From Podarcis bocagei (Eukaryota), in assembly GCA_964188305.1 (NCBI GenBank), contig OZ076886.1: 64,000 nt of DNA; one strand, written 5' to 3'. Both the position numbers and the translations under genes were made by a program. The notes below the pieces were generated by a model, which saw only the letters and a list, made by a program, of their open reading frames with translations, was not told the origin of the DNA and did no database searches. Shown here one piece after another: positions 10,805-22,075 of this stretch (the first letter of the stretch is position 1; each line of letters opens with the position of its first letter).

Positions 10805-11273
10805 CAGCGGCACAGGAAGCCTTTCGGGCACCTGGGGCGGTGCGCCCAAAGGGGCGGGGCGAACCGCCCATAGGGACGGCACGGGGAGTGTGGCACCCAT
10901 AGGGATGGGCAGGGCGCACGGCACCCATGGGGGGGACGGGGCGGGGAGTGCAGTGCAGTGCCCTTAGGGAGGGATGGGATGGGGCACACAGCACCCACAG
11001 GGACAGGATGGGGCGCGAAGTGCCCTTAGGGAGGTACAGGACGGGCACCTGGCACCCATAGGGATGGGGCGCGCCACAGGGGCCAGGGCCTCAGCCACCC
11101 TACAGCTGGGGGGGGAGGCAGTGGGCAGACATCGTGGAGCCTGTGAGTGCCTGAGATGCGTGGCTCGGGCACGCTGCAGGCCCTACAGTGAGTGCCACCC
11201 GCCATTTTGTCACCCCCTTCAGTGGGGACACCTGTGGTGGACCGCACCTACCGCACCCCCTTGCTACGCCCTG
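10805..11273. mobile_element. GC-rich hAT-like MITE inserted in the N fossil
   Basis: Ends CAGCGGCAC... / ...TGCTACGCCCTG, internal short repeats (GGCACCCATAGGG, GTGCCCTTAGGG) and decayed flanks GTTCTAAC / ATTTCTAC. The N reading frame resumes across it. Confidence 0.65.
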
Positions 11274-11335
11274 ATTTCTACCCCCTCACAAAAATAAGTC
11301 TACATATACTCACATGCTTTGCATCCCACACTTTA

Positions 11336-11460
11336 CCAGTAGGGCTGGTAAAAGTCAGAAAAAGTCAGAAACTCTGGAGAGCCATTATTAGTCAGTGTAG
11401 ACAATACAGTGTAGGCTGTAATGGTCTGACTTGGTATAAGGCAGGTTCCTATGCTCCCAT
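11336..11460 (+). mobile_element. Short squamate SINE remnant (Squam3-like) inside the N fossil
   Basis: CTGGAGAGCC...AGTCAGTGTAGACAATAC...AATGGTCTGACTTGGTATAAGGCAG.TTCCTATG, shared with copies at ~45177-45266 and ~50488-50663. Confidence 0.7.
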
Positions 11461-14400
11461 TGTGAGTACAGACAGCTTACAAAGGGGGATTTCCAGTCCA
11501 CCGTCCCACCTTATAATTCCTCAGTCCTTTTAGTTTTCTTCTTCTTCTTGCAATAGCCTTCTCATGTTACACTTGACTAAGACATTCAAAGCCAGCTCAG
11601 CACAGTTGTGGCTACTTGGCAGTGAGGCCAAACCAAGAGATGATGGAAAATCCAAAACAAGCTAGCAAGTGTCCAAATGGAATTCCAGTTATTGTGCTAC
11701 AGTCCATTGATGCCCTTCATAAAAAAGAGACAAAGATAATATTGCTGCAAAATCACAAGGATATCATGAATCACCAGTCACTGGAGAGACAAGAAAGAAT
11801 GCAAAGTTGTGTAATGCAATAAGGGCAGAACCTGGCGAACTAACTTATTGAATCTGCCCCCCTCACATTCTGCAACTGCAGTCATCCACTTGCCCTTCTG
11901 ACTATTTCCAATATTTTAAACAGTATTGCTTTTCCACAGTTACTCCTCCTATACAGTATAAATAATGCCTCTTCACTTCTCTCCATCTGTGTTATGAATT
12001 TACAGCAAAGATTTATCCCCCTTTCCTCCATAAAAAACCCCAAGTTATCTGATCAGACAGGAAAAAATAATAACCCAATATGTTATTCACAGAAAAGAGA
12101 GTGGACCTTCTGGAATTTATCTTTAGACATTAGGAAGTTTCTAAAGGATACAGGGATTACCTTTTCACTGTAGTAACCTAGAGTTCGCCAGATGTCAGTT
12201 TATTCCGTTAATGGTTTCATAATAGGAAATAACCTGTTCAGCATACTGGAAGTGTGTGAGTATAGCTGTCACATAGACAAGCAACTGTAAACCTGTCTAT
12301 AAGGAGATAAAATAATCACTGAATGCTTTCAAGACATGCATATGCTTAACTTCCTGGCATAAACTTAATAGAGGTACATAGTCAACTGTTTGCTGTTACA
12401 AATGGGTTAAATTTATACACTGCTGAGACAGGCATGCCCTGAACTGAAGTTGGGTGATACGTTATAGAGATCAAACTGTGCCAATATTACGCTCTCTGAA
12501 CTTTATGTAAAACTGAGTCACGCACTATGATTAATCCAGGTATCCGCAGGTCCCTGCCTTTTAACAGGTAGCCTGCAAAGAGTTAAGTGAAGATGCTTAG
12601 CTATGATGCCAGGCATGATGTCCAAGCCTTTGCTGGCGGAGGTCAGCAGTGGTTCATGGGAAAGGAAAAATTGGCAGCTGGGCCGGATGTCCTGCATTTC
12701 CCCTCTTCCTGCAGCCGCCTGAACTGCGGTCCTTATTTAGCTTTCCTGATGGGCAGGAGGAATCCGATGGCGGAAACTGTCATAGCCTGATAACAGTTCA
12801 GGGACCCCTTTATGATGGGTGTCTAGGTAGGCAATGGGTCAGTTTTCATTTTGGTGAGGATGGGGGAGGAGAACAGCATGCCCGGCCAACTCAGGCATGA
12901 TTGACACTGGCCATTTAATATACATTTTCCAGGGGGAGAAAGTATCTGCACTTCAGTGTGTTGATCTGCTCACTTACTTGTAAACAAATCACGCTGCATT
13001 TCTAGTCTGAAAATAATCCAACTATGAAATGATGACATCTTTCAAGGAGGTGTTTTTTCCCCCTTTCTGTGGGCGGTTGAGCCAGCTGACTCAGGGAGGA
13101 GTTCATGGGGAGAGGGGAAAGGGGGATCCTGGAGTAGAGCCTTCTGGCTGGAGTCCAGGCCCGGGCAGAGTTTTCCACTGACTTATGGTGACAATGTGTC
13201 AGCAAGGCCAGCAATAACAATGGCATGGTACATGGTGACGCAGGGCTTGTCAGAAGTGAGAGGCAGTCAAGAAGGAATCTCTGTACAAGCAGCATGAACA
13301 AAACATTCGGACGTGTATTTTCACCATACATGGTGCTTTGATATGATCTGTGTACTAGAGTCTACATTTACAGTTACATACAAAACAAACCCGTATTAGA
13401 ACTGCTGAAGTAAATATATTTCCAATAAAAGCAACTCCACTATATTTGTATTGACTTCTGCCATTTTTTCATGGAGCAACATGCTCCATGAGAATGGTCA
13501 TTATATGCACACTTAGCTATTCCTTTACCCCATGTATGAATCTCCATTTGGAGAATGAAACCTCAGCACAGAACAGCTTAAACTGCAGGTCAGAGCTAGG
13601 CAAGCACTGGATGATTTGGGGGGGTAGCTATGGTGAAATTCATTGTGGACATCCTAATGATCACCAGTGTTTGCCCAACTTTGACTTGAAGCTTAAGCAT
13701 TTCTGTATCCATGGTTTAATTTTCCATGTGGTGACTGATACATTAAAAATAATATTCCAAGAAAGGCTGCTTGAAATAAGAGATAGGAAACGTGCTCCAA
13801 TTTCCACTTCACTGAAGAGGGCAAAGTTACTCTGGATTTAAAACAAGACAAGATGGGGCATGCAATTTTGCAAACATATCCAATTAGCATAACTCATGTT
13901 GTTCACCAAATGTTGGTTTTTCTGGCTGCAGAATTGTAAACTGCACATTACTAGGCAAACACAGGTTCCCAGTTTGCCTAATACTGTTAATGAATGGATA
14001 GGCAGGGCATTAGCAAGGGAGTGTTACTGGGCAAGAGTGAGTGCTTAAACATTTTCAGCTCACCAATGTCCCCCATAACCCTCCTCTCCCACCAGTTCCC
14101 CACCCCTCTCTTTCTCTCCCAGCTCCCTGCTTTGCCCAGGTGGCTCCAAGGCCATGCATTAGCCCATCAGTCAAGCAACAAGTCCAGGAGAATGGTTGTA
14201 GGGAAAGGCTAAGCACTTCCAGCCTCTGATTCTCCTCTGTAAATACCCGCTGCTGCATCACTGTTGACTTTTTTTTTTGCTGAGTTAAATTGTACATATA
14301 CCCCGACTTTATGTATTAACAGTGCACAGGATTGTTTGAGTTGCTTCAATAAACCTCTAAAAGGGAACATGGAAATAAGTGACTGTTATGTCCAACAATG

Positions 14401-17400
14401 GCTGCGCGCACATTACCCTGGCTCCAGTGTGCTCTCATTCTGGAGGTACACCTGACATTAGCCACAATCCATATCTATCATGTAGTTCTTGATGCTTGAT
14501 GTGTTTTCCCTCAAACCAGTTGCCATATGATTTGAAAACATAAGCCACATTCACTTCCCAGTTAAGCTGAGGTGTGTACCTTTGAGACAACCATTGTGCA
14601 TGTGCAGATGACAGCTTCATGGGGGAATTGCAGGCGAGGGAAAATGTGCATTGGATGAAGATATCCTTGCCAGGCAAATGCAACTTGAAATGCAGCAGGC
14701 AGGCATCTCATTGTGTTTTAAGTTACTAATATGTACATAGCCTACGTATTTTGGAAGAGCCTACTGCCTATTCCAAATAGTAACCATATTTGCTCTAGCT
14801 TGCTGGTTGTTCTGTTTTCCTTGCAGTTTTAAATCTTACCTCATTTCCACCCTAGCAGCATCTGCAGGAAGGAATAAGGGTGATCAACCAGAATAGTCTC
14901 AAGAGTTGTAGACAGAGCAGAAAAGAACATAGCAATGCCCTGCAGAGTGTTCCACAGAAAGAAGGAAGGAAGTTTTTATTACTAGGCTAAATCCTAAATT
15001 TCTTGTTCTGCAATCAATGACGTCCGAGGGACTGTTGGCTGATTGAAATTGAGAATAAAAATTCCAGGAATCACTGCAAGGGCCTGGAGTATGTAAAACG
15101 TTTGGCAAACCAGAAGTTTTCAGAAATTGCACTTTAGTAAGTTGAAATTGCACTGTTTCCACAGGTAAAACTGAGATGATGTGGACAGCCAAGGCTCTTA
15201 TGGAATATAGGCCCTAAATCTAGAGGAGGAAATAGTTGTACTTTAGTCTTGTTGAAATAAGTGGGTCAAGTTTAGTCATGGCTAAGCCTAATAAGCCTGA
15301 CTGTATTAGGGCCAAAGTATACAAGGATTTAGTTGTCCTTCCTCCACATGTCTATATTGCAAATTATAAAATGTACAATTCAAGTACATATGCGATTTGA
15401 GAACCAAATGTTTCAGCCTTGTAATTTGATTTTCTGATCAATCCATCATTTTATTTGCATGCCATCTTTCCATAGTTAAAACTATGCTCAAAGTGGATTA
15501 CAACGTATAAAAAATGCATAACTACAAACATAAGAAAAGTAGTTATAAACAATAAACAAAACATCAAAAAGTACACAACCAAACTGAACAATTTCCACAT
15601 AAACCATAAGATCCAGTATAAAGTTATAAAAAACTAACATCAACAACAGCAGCAACCCCCCACAACAAAATCCCCTAAACAGTTCCCTGTCCCCTGATAA
15701 TAACATATTTATTTTACCAGTTGGATCATCCTTTATATTTTTATTTATACAGGCAACAACCGATTTATGTGCACCCGAATGACATGTACACACGCACAGC
15801 ACCGAACCTGGAAATACCCCAAAATGTCATAAAGACATCACAAAAAGGGGCGGAATGGGGTAGGGGCGGAGCAGGCTTATGTGTGCTCTGCCGACACATG
15901 GGAGGATCTGGGATGTAAACCCCAGCACAAAAACGAGGATTACCTGTATACTAGGGACTGCACCACTGTTTAGGTTGCTCACCAACCCCTGCCTGACCAC
16001 TTCCCCTTTTCAACCCCTCTCATCTTACACCTGGCACTAAACCTATCCCCATCCCTTTACACCTAACCCAAACCTGCCTTCTCTCTGTTTAGTTATTCTA
16101 TTTTTACTGCCAGGAAAGGGGAGACTTGTTTTTGAGATTTTCTGCTTCAGATACCCAATAACTTGGTTGGCTTTGGATACTATGCACCTTGATTTGAGTG
16201 TGTGTGTGTGTGTGTCCATTTGTTGCTCCACTTTTGGGCAGCAAAATGTCCTGAGTTGGCTCTGTTTCTGCATAATGTATTAATATTTCAGGGAAAATAT
16301 CCTTGAGATAAGAATACAAATGAAGGAAGCAGGGGAAGACTTACCAAAAGGAGTGAGAGTAGAGATGGTACAGTATTTGAAAGAGGTGCTTTGCCCAAAG
16401 TATTGTCCAAAATATATTTGGGAGGAAAATGTGTGTGTGTGTTTTAAAGTTAGTACCTTTCCTTGTGCCTTCCTCATTCTCGAAGAATGAGCATCCACTG
16501 CCTCATTCTGATATGTAGCTTCGGCATTCTGCTTGCTCCTGACTTTGCAGTTCAGTGGCAGAGTCAGACAAGGACTGTGCTCCCAGGGCTTGGCATTTCT
16601 CAGTATTTACAGCCCCCTCCCCACCCCTAGCTGGTTAGACAAATAAAATCTAATGCCGACTGAATCCCCAGCTCTCTGTCCTCAACAGCAATAACAAGAC
16701 CTGGGTGGCATTTCAAAGAATTTATCCGTAGGAGATGGCTTGAAATTAGCTAGCATTGGAATATATTCTTTTAATTTTGGGGGCTGGAAGAGAAATGTAA
16801 TACTTTCTTTGTAATAGACTGGAGACTCTGGCTTAGCTGCTGTTTAGCTAGTATTGCTATGAATTGGAAAGATTGCTTAGAGCATTGACCTCTCACTAAC
16901 CCCTTCCCCAATCCCAATGAAAACATGTTTTATTGCAAGAGTAGATAAAAGGAATCATAAATAAATGTGGTCTTGCGCAAGCTCTATGCTACCTGCCCAA
17001 GTGCAAAAATATGTGTTAGCACTGACAAGTTTGATTAAAAATCGATGGCTAAAGTTCCTGCTTGCACTAAATTTACAGTTTTATAATGTTTTAAGAGAAG
17101 AGAGACTGTATCATCCACTTTAGAATACAAACCACCAAGCTTTGAGAAAAAGATTCAGAATCATCGCTGATACAACAGATTGGTAGAAATGAAAGTTTCT
17201 GGATTCCTTTCAGCTGCAGTAGGGGGTACATGGGCCCAGGGGGAGACGAGGCCCATTTTTATAACACTAAACTGTGGTTTAGTGTTATATCCAAACCAGG
17301 TGTCCAATTAATTCATCAAGACAACAGAGTTTTTGGAGACCACACTGTTGTGGATTTCGCTATACCTTTCTGCTACATCTTGAATGAATGAGACCAGCCA

Positions 17401-20400
17401 GTTCATCTGATTTTCAGCCCCTTTCAAGCACACTCAGTTATTAAGTACAACATCTTTGTTAGTAATTACCATCCTTAATTGAGTCATTAGCATATATAAA
17501 CATTTCCCTGCTATTGTATCCTGCTTGTGAGTACCTCTGGGGTTTGAGTTATTGTGTATGGAAACAATTTTAAATAGGAAAACAACAATCAGTAGAATTA
17601 GAATTTAAAAAAAATAAAAATTGGTGATTTATGATGGCCTGCAAACCATTTATAAAAAAATATATTTTCAACTTGAAGTTCTAACTATGAAAATATGATT
17701 GATTTGAACACAAGTAGCCTGTTGAGAAAGCCACAACATGGCATTTCAATGGACATCTTTTTTGTTTGACGGGAAAAATGAATTTCATGCCTGCCTGTGA
17801 TTATTAGTTATCTGTGCAGATTCATTGACTGTCTCTTTGAACTTGTAATCATCAGGATTTGTACTCTGCAAAGGTTGCACTATTTGATTGTTTTATTAAA
17901 GGGGGAGGTAACTGAAGTTCTTCAATCCTGGGAGGCTGCAAAATAAAATATTAGATATGCATTCCTTTAAGTATTAATTATATGATCAAAGCATTTTCCA
18001 TCCATTTCCTGCTCTCTATACTGCTATGATTATAGCTCATCTCTCCACCAGAGAATTCAAGAAAACTGTAATGCATTTATAAACCTAAATAGGGAATGTT
18101 TGCACATTGGGGGGAAATGGTCTGTTTCAAAGGCTATAAATTTAGCCAGTAACTCCAAAGTAATGAAAGTAATCAAGGACCAAACCAGGGATGGCACCTC
18201 CTCACCTCTCTGTAAGTGCTCAAGCATTTTTCACACCTTTGTGATGTGAACAAATTCAACAGATGAAGTGTTTCCCAATATGGAGATGATATGGAAGTAT
18301 CTCCTATTAGGTTTCTCTGTCAGGCAACTGTTAAAAGAAGTCACAGGAACACTGATAGAAAAAGGCCACACCTACATTTAAAGTACTTATTCAGCTTTAA
18401 TGGTAATAGTTTTCCACAAAGAATCCTGGGAACTGTAGTTTGGTAAAGGCACTGAGTTCACAGACCTACAGTTCCCAGCACCAGCTCCCAGGATTCTCCA
18501 TGTGTGGTGCAAAGAGTGCTTTGAAAGTATGGGGTGAATGTAACTAAAGAGAACTGGCGGTCCTAGAGAAAGAGATGGCTAGCCCCCTTGCCATCAGTTG
18601 TTGGCAGGCCAGATCCAAAAGGAAACACGTGCTGTCAGATGTGCAACGAGCACCCTGCCCCTCTAACTTAAAAGCAGCACATACTGTATTGAGCTCAGCA
18701 GAGGGATGGAAAGGCTGCTGACAGCCCAGATCCGAGAGGAGGTCTGCAGGGTGGCCCCAGCTGACCTGGTAGCTCTGGGCCGGACATGTGGCTACCTGAC
18801 AGGCTAACTTTGGCCCAGGACATCTCCTCTCTGAGAGGATGGAGCCGGGGAGGGAAAGGGCACTGCGGTGGGGCAGGGGGGAGAGAAAGGAAAGCTGACA
18901 GGGAGAGAAATGCAAACACGGCCTGGCAGTTATGGTGCGGGGGAGGTGTGGAGGAAGATGAAGGGTAAACCTGGCAAGAGAACTCAGGAAGTCAAGCTGA
19001 AGCAAAGTAAGGGGAATGATGAGATAGAGTTTCCTGGAGAGAAAGGCAGACAGATAAACAGCCAGGAGGACCCAAGGAACGGATGCTGTTCCCTGAGCAA
19101 AGACCTAGAGGGCGCTACGCAGCTGGCAACTTGCCAAGGCCTGGTTTCTGTTCTCTCTCTCTTGTCTCCTTATGCCTTTTGATTTTACTTCAAGGACTTC
19201 CACATATGGCAAACATATTAGAAAGAAGAGGTGTCACAGCACCCCCCTCCCCACTACTGTTTTCTAAACACTAAATATTGTTCATAACATCTAGCAATGT
19301 GCCAGTAATGCTGCATATTTCAAGGGAAGGCCAAGTGTTAGAAAGGTCAGGTTATATTCCTCGGCCACACAGCCATCAGGCTTCCTAAAGGCTACAGCTT
19401 GTAGTGCTGCCTCTTATGATATCAGTGCTATATTGTTCTGTCACATCTTGGTTGCCTGTGTACACATTACTGTAGGGCTGCCCCAAGACATTTTGGAACC
19501 TGAGGCAAACCACAAAATGGCACCCCCTCTCCCTGCCAGGTGATAAGGGGTGAGTTATAATTTCTGTTACGTTATTTTTATGAAGAATGCATAGGTTATA
19601 TAATAGGCCTGCATGGGGAAATTTGATGTTTTTATTGTAAATTGAAAATAACAATGGTGGTGGGTTTTTTAAAAAAGGTACATCAAACTTTTGACAAAAT
19701 TATACTGACCTATAGTTACACAGCAAATTATCCAGTACAATTATACTTATAGATCTCCCTCACAGTGATACTGTGAACATGGGGTTGCCATTTCTCATCT
19801 AACCTAGCATTCCTACCAAAAGGTTTGCTGCAAGGAAGGATATCCAGGATATGTGTTGCCTGTTCTAATGCTGTAGGGCTCAGGATGCAACCTTTTTCTG
19901 GGTGTGGTATTGCTGGGTTCAGCTCCATTCTACAGGAAATGAACAACCAGGAAAGGCAACAAATCTCTATAGCACTTGGAGCAAGCAAGAAATGCAGGAC
20001 TACCCATCTCCTTCTTGCAATGTAGTCTTTATAAATGTTGAGAAATTTGGTGTATAAATGGGACCTACAACAAAACGTTGCAATATATTTTCTCTCACAC
20101 ACATCTAACAGTAGCATTCCTGTTGAGGGAGAGGACCAGCCAGCCAGTTAACCATGTCTTCCTCCAGCTTCCTAAAATCTGCTAAGGGCTCAAGCAAGCC
20201 AATTCTTTTCTCACTCTTCCATTCTTGGTTTTAAATTTTTCTTTTCCAATTGACAGTCAACATTCCATGGCTCCTGATGATCATGGAGCATGCTTAGTCT
20301 GCATTGAGCTGTTTGGGGGCATGTGGTTGCCCCATTTGGGTATTTGTGGACTTTTAAATATTGTTTGTACTTTGGCAAACTTTGGGGTTGCCCTGAGCAT

Positions 20401-21779
20401 TCTGATACCTCCCTTAGATTTCTTAGAAGCTGCATTTTCTATTGGCATGAGAGCATATAAGTTCACCAGCCAAATTCAGGCTATGAATTTTAATCCTTGT
20501 TTTAATTCTGCCTGAGTTTTATAAGAATAAATGAACTGCCTGTGGTGGTGTGTTCCACCGTAACAATTTCTAGAGGAGTAGGGATGTTAGTTTTCTTTAG
20601 CAAAAACAGCAAAGTCTTGTGACAACTTTATTATAGCAAAAGGTTTTGAGTTCAGGTGCATGAAGTGTTATCCTGTCAATGCATCTGATGAAGTGGACTG
20701 TAGTCCACAAAAACTTATGCTATAATAAATTTGTTGTCCTTTAAGGTGCTGTACTGCTTTTTGTTCTGTTTGCACTATTGGCTCTGAATAAAGGGCCTCA
20801 GACTCCCCCCCCCCCCCCGCCCCTGGAAATTTGGCATTTGTAAGGTTTTTTCATTCTGTTTATCTCCCAAGACAGTCCCAGGAGGGGTGGGTTTTTTGTT
20901 GCTGTAGTTCTGAGGAACCTAAACAGGCAAACTGATTCTGGTCTCTTTCTCCAACTATAATAATTGTTGTCTCAAGGAACAATTAGAGTTGCCAGATTTC
21001 CCGTATTATTATATCATATTTCAAAATATCCCAACTCCATAAAACAGGCACTCCTAGATTCTTGGCATGGCCCATTTTGATCTAGTGGTTTCATGACAGT
21101 TTCATGTACAGCATTAAAATATCTGCCTCCCCTCCCCATACTCTTGCCCTAAAGTATTAAGAGCTGAAACCAAATTTCACCATGTTGTTCTAGTAGCTAT
21201 ATTTAACCAATAGTTTCACAGTTCACATGGGAGATAGTCCTCCCAGAGAATATATGGGGGTAGGTTTGACAAATATGACATCTGCTCACTCAGCCCAGTA
21301 ACCAATTGCTTTCAGTTGTGTGTTTCATCTTGCCCAGCATGATGTATTGTCATATACAGTATAACTTGGGTGTCTATGCAGTAGTCAGGTGCTGCTTGTG
21401 TTTATTGTTAATCTGAAAGGTCAAAGGAGCTGCCACCTCTGCCAGTTATTGATGTGGACTTCTAGCTTCCACAAACCTCATTCTTTGAGGACATTAAAGC
21501 ACTGATACCCAACTGACACCTTCCATTTCCCTTCCTTTATCTGCCCATGCATCCCCAAACTACAGTGACAATTCCAGCTCCGAAGTTGACTGCCATCTGC
21601 ATCCACCCTTTGTTATTTTAAGGAGGGTCCTTTATGACAAACTTTGAGGAGCCCAGGTTTAGGGTGCTGCATCTGCTCTGTAAGGCCTGCATTGCCACAG
21701 GAAGCAGCTCTCAAATTTGTTTGGGCTCTCATTTAGGCCACCTAGTTAGTCGCTGCATACACCAAAACAAAGGACAAGT

Positions 21780-22075
21780 ACATGTCCTTGAATTAGGTGA
21801 ATGGCCTATTCTGGGAGGGGTTGCACTCCACGAAAAGTTTAGGACTCTGGGAGTACTTCTGGATTTCAGTTTGTCACTGCAGTCCCAAGTGGTTTCTGTG
21901 ACTAGGCCTGCTTATGTCAACCTTAGGCTAGTACATCAGCTGTAGTCATTCCTAGGCTGATAATGTCCTCACTTCTCCATGCTGTAGTGACTTTCTGCTT
22001 GGACTGCTGCAATGTGCTATATGGGGAGCTGCCCTTGAAGATGGCTTAGAAGCTGAAGCTAATGCAGAAAGTGAG
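21780..22075 (+). mobile_element. L2/CR1-clade LINE ORF2 fragment
   Basis: Translates as RTLGVLLDFSLSLQSQVVSVTRPAYVNLRLVHQL, followed by LDCCNVLYMG-like residues, typical of the post-RT region of L2. Confidence 0.7.

Larger units (their letters stand above)
10050..11932 (-). pseudogene. Endogenous viral element: decayed Mononegavirales nucleoprotein (N) gene in FLT4 intron 1, antisense to FLT4
   Basis: AILFKILEIVRR (11929-11894), cf. measles N ATLLRSLALFKR. One frame over 11838-11641 reads SPGSALIALHNFAFFLVSPVTGDS*YPCDFAAILSLSLFYE...DTC*LVLDFPS, cf. Nipah N SPELRWELTLFALDVIRSPSAAESMKVGAAFTLISMYSE...DIEAVIIDVGS. SICRLIFVRG (11310-11281), cf. RSV CIAALVITK. One frame over 10608-10117 carries FKIARSNKNPG (RSV FGIAQSSTRGG), LFNTLCQASLQQV (LGHASVQAEMEQV), YIPYA, YKDLSA (filovirus FPQLSA), GSGRFEFY (GLGIMGEY) and NGDLIHEA (NQDLYDAA). 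After removing two TE insertions the spacing fits a ~400-aa N core. Confidence 0.7.

Noticed and set aside
11680-11890. Alternative reading as the L methyltransferase D-K-E region (QVD/TAVAECE, PGSALIA, EFHL)
   Set aside because: Needs several frameshifts and deletions, whereas the N reading holds largely in a single frame with correct spacing. Kept as a caveat.
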